Shown here: in pieces, positions 1-9,365 of the stretch
Layout of the letters: each line of letters begins with the position of its first letter
How positions within the stretch are numbered: the stretch's first letter is position 1
DNA from: Candidatus Hadarchaeota archaeon
Lineage (GTDB): Archaea > Hadarchaeota > Hadarchaeia > Hadarchaeales > JAWBSP01
Assembly (NCBI GenBank): GCA_964474885.1
Contig: CAYYWO010000002.1
Location: 60,299 to 124,298 of the forward strand
Reading direction: 5' to 3'
Length of the DNA: 64,000 bases
Made by a program: the position numbers and the translations under genes
Notes under the pieces: generated by a model
The model's input: only the letters and a program-made list of their open reading frames with translations
Told to the model about the DNA's origin: nothing
Databases searched by the model: none

Positions 1-1
1 A

Positions 2-1306
2 TCAGGCTTCGCGCAGCAACCACTTCCAGAGCGGGACGAACCTCACCCGCTTCCCGCGCACCCTCCGCTGTCCCTCCCAATCCCACGTGAGAAAGAGCAA
101 ATCCCCGCACTTGAGCTGCCGGGCGGCGTCGCACATCGCCTCCAGCCCCTCCTCGGCCTCGTCGGGGTCCGAAACGCAGCTCACCTGGATGAGCTGCCTT
201 ATCTTGAGTCCCTCCCTCACAACGAAGTCCACTTCCCTCCCCCGGTAGTCCTTCCAGTAGAAGAAGTCGAAATCCGGAAGGACGCACCTCCGCCTGAAGA
301 GCTCCCTGGCCACCGCCATCTCCATCAGCGGGCCGAGCTCCTCCGAGAACTTGGGCACGAGCCTGCAGAAGCCGGAATCCACCGGGTAGACCTTTCTCGG
401 CTGCATAACCCGCTCCTTCGTCTTGTAGCCGAACTTCTCCACGCAGAAGAGGAAGAACGCGCTCTCCAGATAGCCCAGGTAGTTGGCCAGGGTGCGCTTG
501 CTCTTCCTCACCCCGAGGCTTTTGAAAAACCGCTCGACCTTCGAGAGGGAGAGGTACCTGCCGAAGCACTCCATCACTATCCTGAGGAAGGCCTCCAGCG
601 ACGATACGTCCCTCACCCTCCAACGCTCCACCACGTCCCGGTAGAAGATGGTCTCCCGGTAGGTTCGGAGCAACTCGATTTTTCTCTCCTCCCTCTCCTC
701 CACCACCACCTCTGGGAAGCCCCCAAACCTCAGGTATTCCCTCAGCAGCGCCAGCACCCTGCCCTTGGTCTCCGGCGCATCCACGGGTTGCGGGCTGAAC
801 CCCTTGAACCTCAGAAACTCCCTGAACGAGAGGGGCAAGATCAGCCGAGAGATGTATCGCCCGCGGAGCCCGGTAGAGACCTCTCTAGCGGACAGCTCCG
901 CTGTGGAGCCCGAGATGTAGATGTAGTATCGTCCGGATCCGTGCAGGGTTCTCACCCACTCCTGCCAGTGCTGAAGGTTCTGGACCTCGTCGAGCAGCAA
1001 AACGATCTTCCCTTCACGCTCCCTGAAGAGTTCGTGCAGGACCTTGATGAAAGCCCCGTAATCCTCGTCCTTGAGCGCCCTAAGCCTTATGTCCTCGAAA
1101 TCCACGTACGCTACGTTCTCCTTCGCGTAACCCCGCTCCAGCAGCGACTTCGCCACTTGGAACAAGAAGTAGGTCTTGCCAGCCCTGCGGGGCCCGATTA
1201 CAGCGATGATGCTTTTCGATGGCTCAACCGGGTATTCTCTCTCGATTAGCTCGGGAAGTCTTCGCTCCAGCCAGGAGCTGAGCACCTCTCTCAGTTTCGC
1301 TTCCAC
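2..1306 (-). CDS. AAA+ ATPase (AAA_14/DUF4143 type) with C-terminal PD-(D/E)xK-like domain
   Basis: Walker A GPRRAGKT, Walker B LLLDEVQ, GGFPE motif, C-terminal EVDFV..LIQV. Confidence 0.9.
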   Translation of the reverse strand: MEAKLREVLSSWLERRLPELIEREYPVEPSKSIIAVIGPRRAGKTYFLFQVAKSLLERGYAKENVAYVDFEDIRLRALKDEDYGAFIKVLHELFREREGKIVLLLDEVQNLQHWQEWVRTLHGSGRYYIYISGSTAELSAREVSTGLRGRYISRLILPLSFREFLRFKGFSPQPVDAPETKGRVLALLREYLRFGGFPEVVVEEREERKIELLRTYRETIFYRDVVERWRVRDVSSLEAFLRIVMECFGRYLSLSKVERFFKSLGVRKSKRTLANYLGYLESAFFLFCVEKFGYKTKERVMQPRKVYPVDSGFCRLVPKFSEELGPLMEMAVARELFRRRCVLPDFDFFYWKDYRGREVDFVVREGLKIRQLIQVSCVSDPDEAEEGLEAMCDAARQLKCGDLLFLTWDWEGQRRVRGKRVRFVPLWKWLLREA

Positions 1307-1316
1307 GTTTACTTAG

Positions 1317-1342
1317 AAAACAAATTTATATAAATCTGTTTT
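1317..1342. promoter_or_regulatory. 26-bp near-perfect palindrome centred on the TATA box of the AAA ATPase gene
   Basis: AAAACAAATTTATATAAATCTGTTTT, one mismatch, 11-36 nt upstream of the GTG start. Confidence 0.6.
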
Positions 1343-1822
1343 TTAGAAAACGCAAATTTCACCTTAGTTGTCGACGTGATCCGTGCCCGTGTCTAGCTTG
1401 GGTTCCCTCAAAAATCTTTGACCCATAAGAAGAGGCGGCAGGAAACGGGTCACTCCGCGTCTCGGGTTCGCATCTGGGGCTGGCGGTAGGAGGGGCGGCG
1501 GGCACGATTTTCGCAACCAAGGCCAGAAGAGGAGGGAGAAAAATAGAGGAACATTCTTTTCCTCTGCGCTCTCTCCCAGTGCTTTATGGGCGCGTTTCCA
1601 GAGACGGCCTATCTCCCGATGGCAGCCGGATCCCTCTTCTTCCTGATCCCTCTCCCCCTCTTTTTCCTCTGTCTCTCCCTCGCTGTCTCCCTCCTTCTGC
1701 TGACTGTTCCCCAACCTTGGGGAAAGAACGCTCTCTTGGATGTCTCGGTCCTGCTCCTCGCCGCCCGCGATGGAAACCTTGGGCCGGGAGGCGTTACAGA
1801 AGCCCTCTAGGGCTTGTAGGAA

Positions 1823-1963
1823 TCAATCGACATGCTTGATCTTCAAAATGTACCCGCATTTCTCGCACTTGCAGGCAACCCAGTACGCGTCCTCGGTCAC
1901 CTTGTCGCCCTCCACCCAGCGCCTGAGCCTCCCGCCGCACCTGGGGCACCTCACCCCGATCAT
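1823..1963 (-). CDS. 46-aa CPxCG-type zinc-finger microprotein (below the ORF-track cutoff)
   Basis: Hand translation MIGVRCPRCGGRLRRWVEGDKVTEDAYWVACKCEKCGYILKIKHVD; two CxxCG knuckles; TTAAT box about 25 nt upstream. Confidence 0.75.
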   Translation of the reverse strand: MIGVRCPRCGGRLRRWVEGDKVTEDAYWVACKCEKCGYILKIKHVD

Positions 1964-2108
1964 CAGAAAAACCTCTAAGGGCATTAATTCTCGACGGGCA
2001 AAGTCCCCCGCAGCAAAAGCTTTTTATTGCCCTTAAGGCTCCCATCCCGGAGAATCGAAGCGGAACGGAGGAGGGTTAGTTCACCTAAGAGCTGGGAGGC
2101 GGTTTCTC

Positions 2109-2240
2109 ATGAGGCTGATCAAAATTTGTTTCTCCATGGCGTGGGGTCTGGTACAGGAACCGCCCACCGGCATCTCCCTAGCCCTCTGGGCTGCTGGACC
2201 TCTGCTGCTGGTTCATGCCATGCTGCCTCCCCTGCACTGA
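2109..2240 (+). CDS. 43-aa hydrophobic micro-ORF, hypothetical
   Basis: MRLIKICFSMAWGLVQEPPTGISLALWAAGPLLLVHAMLPPLH preceded by GGAGG; BRE/TATA-like AAAAGCTTTTTATT near 2015-2028. Confidence 0.4.
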   Translation: MRLIKICFSMAWGLVQEPPTGISLALWAAGPLLLVHAMLPPLH

Positions 2241-2277
2241 ACTCGCATTTAACGGCGGCCAAGGATTTTTGTGTGGA

Positions 2278-2352
2278 GCCCCGGTAGTGTAGCCCGGCCA
2301 ATCATGCAGCCCTTTCGAGGCTGCGACGTGGGTTCAAATCCCGCCCGGGGCA
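2278..2352 (+). tRNA. tRNA-Glu(UUC), no intron, CCA not encoded
   Basis: Acceptor GCCCCGG/CCGGGGC, anticodon arm CAGCC-CT TTC GA-GGCTG, T arm GTGGG-TTCAAAT-CCCGC. Confidence 0.97.
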
Positions 2353-2408
2353 CTCAATTTTGCCACCGACGAAAACCAACGAATTCAAAGATTATCCCAT
2401 TTTACTTG

Positions 2409-2649
2409 ATGGGAAAATCGACCATCGATGAGAGGGAGAGAATTGTGATACCCAAGTACTTGCTGGAGGAACTCGGCCTGAGCAGGGGTGATGCAGTCGC
2501 TCTAGAAAGGAAGGGAAACCTTCTTGTTTTAAAGAAGTTGGAAAAACCGAAGAAAAGGCTTGAGGAGATTATGAGTTGGGAACCCAAAACGCACCGCCAA
2601 GCCTGAGCGGGTTTCTCCCGAAGAAATAAAAAAGATATGGAAAGCTTGA
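2409..2649 (+). pseudogene. AbrB/MazE (VapB-like) antitoxin, probably frameshifted near 2590
   Basis: MGKSTIDERERIVIPK..LGLSRGD AbrB pattern; in-frame stop at 2606, but removing one A gives WEPKRTAKPERVSPEEIKKIWKA* ending 2649. Confidence 0.7.
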
Positions 2650-2739
2650 CAAGCCTTGATTCAAATTCACCTCGACTTTTCCAGAAAGAAGGTTAATCCA
2701 AGACGCTATTTTATCCAGCCTCATAGATTTCTGTAAACC

Positions 2740-4341
2740 GTGCCGTGCGGGAGAAACTTGACGGGAAACCTCGAGCCCAAGGTTTATGCTAGGCGCTTGG
2801 TCAAGGGGAGCGCTGTGGTCTTCGCTGCGCTCGTCGCATCAGGCCTCGCGGCTTTCCTGTTACGTATAGTCTTAGCACGCTCCTTCAGCGTCGAAGAGTA
2901 TGGATTTTTTTACGCGAGTGCCGCACTGGTCTCGTTCTTCGCCCTCTTCCGCGGTTTGGGCTTGGGCTGGGCCCTAGTAAAGTACATTCCAGAGTTCAAG
3001 CTCCGCAGGCAGTTCAGTGAGATAAAATCCTCCATAGCATTTACCCTTCTCTTTCAGGTGATCTTCGCATTTCTGGTCGCGACCATGTTGTTCTGGCTCT
3101 CTGACCGAATCACCCTCATGCTCTCCACCCCTGCCGACCGGGCCGTCATAGGGATGGCACGGGCTTCGCTGGTGATCAAGATTTTGAGCATCTGGTTCTT
3201 TGTGGCACTTTTCCCCGCCACTCTCAGGGCGGCATTCCAAGGCTTTCAGAACATGCCAGCCTATGCACTGGTGAGTCTTGAAATTTTCTTCACTTTAATC
3301 TGGGCGATCCTTCTCGTTGGCATGCTCGGCACTGGCATAGAAGGAGCGGCCTATGCGTATTTGCTTGGCTCCCTGATCGTGGCAGTTCTCGGGTTTTTCC
3401 TCTTCCGGAGGGGTTATTCTCAAGTCCTCAAGGCAAGAGCTACACTCAAGAGAAATCTGATCAAAAAGCTCTTCGCGTTTGCACTACCCGTTTTCATCGG
3501 TGGGCTTGGAGGACTCATTATTGGCTACATGGATACCCTGATGATCGCAGGCTTCTTATCTTCCAAGCAAGTCGGCTTCTACCAGACCGCGCAGCCTGCC
3601 GCCCGTATCCTGTGGTACCTTTCCACCCCTCTTGTGACGGTTCTCTTTCCGATGATATCTGAACTCTGGGCGAGGCGCGAGCACGAGCTTCTAAGGAGGG
3701 CGTTACACTTCCTGACAAAATTTTCATTTATTCTAATCATCCCCCCTGCGCTCATCTTCATAGCATTCCCCGAAATAGTCATCCGCCTGCTGTTCGGTTC
3801 AAAATACCTACCGGGGACAACGGCCCTCCGAATCCTCGCCGGGGCTGCAATCGCTCATACTATATTTGCCATCTTGGCGAGCACCATGAATGGAATAGGA
3901 AAGCCGGTCATCAACACGAAAGTGGTCGGTGCCATGGCCTGCCTGAACCTCACCGGGAACTTGGCGTTAATCCCCTTGTACGGAATTAAGGGAGCAGCAA
4001 TAGCGACTTTCTCCGCATACGTGCTGGGTCTCGTCCTGATGTTCCATTATGGCCGGAAGTTCGTCAGATTCTCCGTCCCAGTTTTACCGTTGCTCAAAAC
4101 TGTGGCCGGAGGGATGCTCACGCTACTCGTCATTTTCGGACTCAAATCTGTCTTGGTGCTGTCCCCTTGGCCAGAAGCATTCGCGGTTATGATCCCAAGC
4201 CTAATGTTCTACGGGATGTGGATCTTGGCGACGAGGGCGGTTACGAAGGACGATCTAGAACTCATAGCACGGATATTGCCGATGCCTAGATGGCTGGTCA
4301 GGACTGCCGAGAAATTACCGAGAGGTGACCAAGACCTATAG
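2740..4341 (+). CDS. Wzx/RfbX-type oligosaccharide flippase (MOP superfamily)
   Basis: Many TM segments; LARSFSVEEYG, MDTLMI, VGFYQTA, LIPLYGIKGAAIAT motifs; start may be TTG 2758. Confidence 0.9.
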   Translation: MPCGRNLTGNLEPKVYARRLVKGSAVVFAALVASGLAAFLLRIVLARSFSVEEYGFFYASAALVSFFALFRGLGLGWALVKYIPEFKLRRQFSEIKSSIAFTLLFQVIFAFLVATMLFWLSDRITLMLSTPADRAVIGMARASLVIKILSIWFFVALFPATLRAAFQGFQNMPAYALVSLEIFFTLIWAILLVGMLGTGIEGAAYAYLLGSLIVAVLGFFLFRRGYSQVLKARATLKRNLIKKLFAFALPVFIGGLGGLIIGYMDTLMIAGFLSSKQVGFYQTAQPAARILWYLSTPLVTVLFPMISELWARREHELLRRALHFLTKFSFILIIPPALIFIAFPEIVIRLLFGSKYLPGTTALRILAGAAIAHTIFAILASTMNGIGKPVINTKVVGAMACLNLTGNLALIPLYGIKGAAIATFSAYVLGLVLMFHYGRKFVRFSVPVLPLLKTVAGGMLTLLVIFGLKSVLVLSPWPEAFAVMIPSLMFYGMWILATRAVTKDDLELIARILPMPRWLVRTAEKLPRGDQDL

Positions 4342-4393
4342 AACCAAAAATCGGTCAAATTAACAATATTATACACATTTTCCCTTGGTAAAA

Positions 4394-4830
4394 ATGGGCA
4401 ACCGCAGGAAGATGATATTGGCTAGTGCCAGGTGCGGGAGACAGGCATGTGCTCGATCGGGACTCCAGCAGGGAACCAGCCTACCCTAGCCCATATTCAA
4501 GCCAAAAAGGTGAAAGAACTAACTAAAGAAAAGTATTGAAGTGATTTACGCGGACGAAGAGGTTCAAACGGAGAGCGATTCGATGTCATGTTTTAGGGAA
4601 GCCAATAGAGCACACCTCGAACTAGCCTTGTTCTCGAAGATGGTCACGAGCATCTGTTGCCCGACGAAAAAATAGTTTAGCAATTAACCCTCAGATATTT
4701 AGACTGACGTTGAAACGGATCACCGTCATATGCTGTTTCGGAAGGCCTAGGAGCTTGCTGAAAGATACGGCTTCAAAGACATAAAAATGGTTAGAGGTGT
4801 TAGACTGTATGGAGCGTGTGAAACCTCTTA
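4394..4830 (+). pseudogene. Decayed class I SAM methyltransferase remnant (boundaries approximate)
   Basis: Fragments in shifting frames: ERFDVMF, IEHTSN, ELAERYGFKDIK, with internal stops. Confidence 0.4.
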
Positions 4831-5777
4831 GCGTTTCTGTTATAATCCCCGTACTGAACGAGGAGAAAACCATTGGGAGTCTCATCGAGACTCTCCAAAG
4901 CGATCCCTGCCCAAAAGAGATCATAGTCGTAGATGGAGGCTCCACCGACCGAACCAAGAAGATTGCTGAAGAAAAGGGGGCTAAAGTGATTCAAGAAAGC
5001 GGAGATAAATGTCCAGCAAACGCGAGGAACCAAGGGGCAAAACACGCAAACGGAAGAATTCTATGTTTTCTCGATGGAGATGTGGAAAAAGTCGGAGAAG
5101 GTTTCATCTCTAACGCAGTGAAGCACTTCAGGAACAAAAACGTTGTGGGCGTGAAGTGTAAAGGTGAGATAATCGAGGATAGCTTGGTTGAAAAAATCAT
5201 CTCGTGTGTCAGAGAACTCTGGACCACTAAGCTCTTCGATTCAGGTAAGAGAGCGGAGTTCCATGCTAACTTCATTAGAAGAGCGGTATTCGAACAACTT
5301 GGGGGGTTCCCCTTGCTGGGTTTCGGCGAGGATCGGGCGTTTTGGAGGAAGTTTGGGGAATATCTTGAGAGGAATCCAAAGAAAAAGGTAGTTTTGGAGC
5401 CAAAATCGGTGTTTTACTACCACCGTTCCCACTCTTTCCGGGAATACTTCAAACAGCTCTCGTGGTATGGGCGAACCTCGCTACTTTATCTCAGGTCGGA
5501 AGAGTCGAAGGCCTCCCTTCGAGAATTGGTTGAAATAGCAGCCAAAGGGTTTTGGCCCATTTCGCTAGTCTCGCTAATACTGGTAGTAATTTCTCCTTGG
5601 TTCTTAGTTTTGGCAGCTCCATTTGTGATTAGACTTTTCATCTCGATATTCGAAGCTCTTAGAAGAAAATCAAAACTTTTCCTTTCGATTCCAGTACTTG
5701 ATGTGGTGGGTGGAGTCGGTTTTCTCTATGGCCTTGCCCGATACCTGGTGGGTGAACGGTGGATGTCAAGAGGATAG
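4797..5777 (+). CDS. GT2 family glycosyltransferase with C-terminal TM helices
   Basis: SVIIPVLNEE, IIVVDGGSTD, ARNQG, FLDGD, GED motifs. Confidence 0.92.
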   Translation: MLDCMERVKPLSVSVIIPVLNEEKTIGSLIETLQSDPCPKEIIVVDGGSTDRTKKIAEEKGAKVIQESGDKCPANARNQGAKHANGRILCFLDGDVEKVGEGFISNAVKHFRNKNVVGVKCKGEIIEDSLVEKIISCVRELWTTKLFDSGKRAEFHANFIRRAVFEQLGGFPLLGFGEDRAFWRKFGEYLERNPKKKVVLEPKSVFYYHRSHSFREYFKQLSWYGRTSLLYLRSEESKASLRELVEIAAKGFWPISLVSLILVVISPWFLVLAAPFVIRLFISIFEALRRKSKLFLSIPVLDVVGGVGFLYGLARYLVGERWMSRG

Positions 5778-6699
5778 CGTGAGACGAAGTTGTTGAGTCA
5801 AGACCTAGACGAATGGTTTACCTTTAGCCGCCGGATCGCGCTGTTCTCAAAAACCTGGTTGATCCCTTTGACCTGAGAGACACCAGATTGTGTTGAGTTA
5901 GCAAGGAACGATATTCTGGCTTGGCGAACTTGTGCCGTAAGTTTCTCTGAAGCGGTGCTTTGTGGGAAAAAGATAGTACATGAGCTGTACTCCCTAAGCG
6001 ATGATAGCCCGCCGACGCTTATGAGATTCTCAAAGTATAGGATGTTCGAAGAACTCAGAGGAATCAAAAGTCCCACACCTCCCAGACCCGAAGATGACTT
6101 TTTGCTGATAGCGACTCACGCTTCTCCTATGCGGATAATTGGGGAGAGATTAAGGGGCCTCGTTTCGATCCAAAGTTTCTCATAAGAGAGAATCTGGCAA
6201 TTAGCTAAAAGGTTTGAAACGAGTTTTCAGTTAGTTCTTTCTTTGAACCTTTGGAGTAGTTTCTGAAAATTCTATGGGCTCCCATCTTGTTTGGCTTAGA
6301 ATCTGAATGTCAAATTTTGCAAGACACCGTTAAGGTTAGTACTAGGTTTTCGGGGGTAGACTCATTGCTTCGGCTTTAGTTTCTTCCTGCGTGTTTTCTA
6401 TGCAATCTTCGTGTTCGTGAACCCCCCTTCCACTTTGGGGGACCCTAGATCTAAGCCCAGCTCTGGAACCACATCAGATGGGGGTAAAAAACCGCAGGAA
6501 CGATGAAGATGCTATATGGGTTGGAGAACTTGGAGAATGCTCTAGGGGTTAGTTACTTCATCTTGTCTCAAAACAGATGAATAAGCAAGAGAAATTGGGA
6601 AGATGTGCTTTAGGAAAATATTATAATATTATTTTAGGATTTTTGCGATAAAAGATGGATGGAGGGTCAAAAAGAGAAGAAGAGCGCTATTTTTTAAAT

Positions 6700-7000
6700 C
6701 TTATCACGTTTTAATTTTGCCCGCCGAAGGAGAGACCGATTATCAAGCGTGACATCACGCGGACGACAGTAATCGTGTCAGACATTCCAGGCATTGATAC
6801 GAATTGGTAGAGAGAGAAGACAGCCCTTCTAACTAATTGCATGAGATCCTAAAACAAGGCTGAAGCAAAAGCGTTGAACTCAAAGCTCTCGCGAATAAAA
6901 TGGGTTAATGAGAAAGGAGTCTGCTCGAGATAGTGTTGCAAGTAGAGTTGAGGAGGCTTTTCAACGTATAATAGGGTACTGTGTTGATGGATCAGCATGA
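6700..7000 (+). pseudogene. Decayed GT4 glycosyltransferase, C-terminal remnant (5' extent unclear)
   Basis: VIVSDIPGI at 6769; RDSVASRVEEAFQRII ends at TGA 7000, overlapping the next ATG. Confidence 0.45.
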
Positions 7001-8157
7001 ACATCGCGTACTTTGCATTCAACGAGAAATTTCCTGCGCCCCATGCAGGCTATGTTCACGTAGACGAGATAACGAAGAACATCGCCAAGCAGGGAGCAAG
7101 CATAACGGTGTACGTGAAATCGCCTAAAAGATTCCTGTTGCCTGATCAGAAGGAGAATAATCGAACAATTAAGTACGTGAGATTTCCCTTTCTAACGAAA
7201 AAGGACATTTTAAGCGATGCGCTCTGCCTCCCTCTGAGTTACTGCAAGGTGAAGAAAGATGTCAAGAAATATGATCTAATCCATGAAAGATTAGCGCCCC
7301 TCAACATTTGGTCGCTGCACATCCTCAGAGGTATACGCACGCCGTACATTTTGGAGGTAAACAGTCCCTTGGTTGAGGAGATAGACAACAGGCTAGTGAG
7401 ATTTGTGGCTAGGTGGGTTCGTGAATTTCAGTTTAAGAAATGCCATGCAATAATAACCCAAACTTACACGTTGAGGAGAATCATATCTAAGTTCGCCAAT
7501 AAGCCCATTTTCGTGGTTCCGAACGGCGTCGACATTCGTAAATTTGGCCCTGATAAATTTTCTTGGAGACTAAGAAATAAGTACGCATCCAAGGATGAGG
7601 TTTTGATTACCTTCGTCGGCGCTTTTAAAAGATGGCACGGGCTTCATCAAATACCTAAAATTGCTGAAAAGCTCCTTAGCAGGCACAGAAATGCTAAGTT
7701 TCTTCTAGTAGGCGGGGGACCCATGTATAGTACTGTTAAATGTGCGTGCAAAAGATTGGGAGACAAGGTGATGTTGCCCGGCCCCATGAAAAGCGAGCGA
7801 ATCCCCAAAATATTGGCCAGTTCTGATATTCTTATAGCCCCTTTCGATATCTCGGGGTACAAGACTTTGGAAGATTATGGTTTTTGGTGGTGTCCCATAA
7901 AGCTGTTCGAGTATATGGCCTCGGGAAAGCCAATAGTCAGTTACAACTTTGAGGAAGTCAAAAATATAGTCAAAGATGCTGGACTGTTGGCGAATCCGAA
8001 CGATTTAGACCAATTTATCGAATACATATCCCAATTAGTCGAAGATGAAGGTTTTAGGAAAAGACTAGGAAAAAGAGGTAGGGAAATCGCTGAGAGGGAA
8101 TATGATTGGGGAAAAAGAGCCAAAGAAATCATCAGGATCTATGAAAAATTTATATGA
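6997..8157 (+). CDS. GT4 family glycosyltransferase
   Basis: VVPNGVD, FVGAFKRWHG, PIKLFEYMASGKPIV. Confidence 0.93.
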   Translation: MNIAYFAFNEKFPAPHAGYVHVDEITKNIAKQGASITVYVKSPKRFLLPDQKENNRTIKYVRFPFLTKKDILSDALCLPLSYCKVKKDVKKYDLIHERLAPLNIWSLHILRGIRTPYILEVNSPLVEEIDNRLVRFVARWVREFQFKKCHAIITQTYTLRRIISKFANKPIFVVPNGVDIRKFGPDKFSWRLRNKYASKDEVLITFVGAFKRWHGLHQIPKIAEKLLSRHRNAKFLLVGGGPMYSTVKCACKRLGDKVMLPGPMKSERIPKILASSDILIAPFDISGYKTLEDYGFWWCPIKLFEYMASGKPIVSYNFEEVKNIVKDAGLLANPNDLDQFIEYISQLVEDEGFRKRLGKRGREIAEREYDWGKRAKEIIRIYEKFI

Positions 8158-8283
8158 AATTACCTGTCCAACATCATCCCAATGCAATGCCCTCGAGTTG
8201 CTTACACACAGGTGAAATTCCCGATGACTTCGATTGAAGAGGCATATACCAATTGTTCAGACTCAGATAGGTTTATTTTAAAT

Positions 8284-9342
8284 TCATCTCCTCAAATCGG
8301 CTTCAATCAAGTCGATAAGAGCCTTCGTGTTCTTTCGAAGGTCAAAGTTTTTCTCGACTCTTTTTCTCGCTTTTTTGGGCATAATCTTAAATGTATTTTC
8401 ACTTTGATAAATTTTGGCCAACGTTTCCTTTAGTGGTTTGACCGTTCTTTCGGGAACGATGAACCCTGCATCTCCTATAACCTCTGGTATTGCTCCTGAA
8501 TTAGATCCTATAACGATTCTTCCGGTGGCCATAGCTTCTGGTAAAACCATTCCAAACTGCTCCTTCCAATAAGGTGTGGTAATTGACGGCAAAACAAACA
8601 CATTGTGTTTTGCATACACTTCCGGCAATTTACGATATTCCACTTGGCCGAGAAAAGTTACATTGCACCCAAGCTTTTGGGCAAGTCTGCGATACCGATC
8701 AATCTCTCCGCGCCCCACAAGAGTTAGTGAGTAAGGAAAGTCTAGCAATGAAACGGCTTTCAGGAGGTAATCAAGACCCTTTTCTGGGGTAATCCTCCCT
8801 ACATATAGTATCTTCAGCTCGTCGGATAATATATTTCTACGATAACTAAACACGTCTGTGTTAACACCAAGCGGGTTCACGACTATATTTTTGAGACCCA
8901 GCTTTTCCCAACACTCCTTAGTCGATTTGACCCGCACAATGTTTCTCGTGAATAGATTGTTCGCTACTTTGACAGCAAATTTCAAAAAGCCAATGTGTCT
9001 TTTTAGTACGCCCTCTAGATGGTTCTCGGATGTACGGGTGTAAAAGTTACCGGTTGATACTAGCCTGAACATCAAGGTAGAAATCCAGAAAAATTCTGCA
9101 CCTATAGTTGCATCAACGTCGAATCGTCTATAAATCAAGGGGATTGACTGCTTGAAATGCACAGCTGGAATATACAAGTACTCGATGCCCTCCTTCTCAA
9201 GGGGTTCAAGAACTTCGTTAGAGACCGTACTTCTCCCAAAGGTGACCAACAAAGGTGTATGTCCATAGTCTTTAATAAACTTAAGCCAGTCCGAGAACCA
9301 AGGCTTGCACCACGCCGCTGATATTGTGACCATTATTCTCAT
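8284..9342 (-). CDS. GT4 family glycosyltransferase
   Basis: YVGRITPEKG, EQFGMVLPEAMATG (Ex7E). Confidence 0.93.
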   Translation of the reverse strand: MRIMVTISAAWCKPWFSDWLKFIKDYGHTPLLVTFGRSTVSNEVLEPLEKEGIEYLYIPAVHFKQSIPLIYRRFDVDATIGAEFFWISTLMFRLVSTGNFYTRTSENHLEGVLKRHIGFLKFAVKVANNLFTRNIVRVKSTKECWEKLGLKNIVVNPLGVNTDVFSYRRNILSDELKILYVGRITPEKGLDYLLKAVSLLDFPYSLTLVGRGEIDRYRRLAQKLGCNVTFLGQVEYRKLPEVYAKHNVFVLPSITTPYWKEQFGMVLPEAMATGRIVIGSNSGAIPEVIGDAGFIVPERTVKPLKETLAKIYQSENTFKIMPKKARKRVEKNFDLRKNTKALIDLIEADLRR

Positions 9343-9365
9343 TTTAATCCCTCACAGGAGAGTCG

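Noticed and set aside
1430-1500. T-arm-like GGGTTCGCATC in a GC-rich stretch
   Set aside because: No acceptor, D or anticodon stems can be built, so it is not a tRNA.
1364-1839. Overlapping ORFs 1364-1714 (-), 1586-1810 (+) and 1579-1839 (+)
   Set aside because: They arise from a purine/pyrimidine-skewed low-complexity tract with no family motifs. The hydrophobic 74-aa ORF may be a relic but cannot be supported.
4400-6506. Shared AACCGCAGGAA(C)GATGA at 4400 and 6490
   Set aside because: Only two short copies, both in decayed DNA; no array or inverted-repeat structure.
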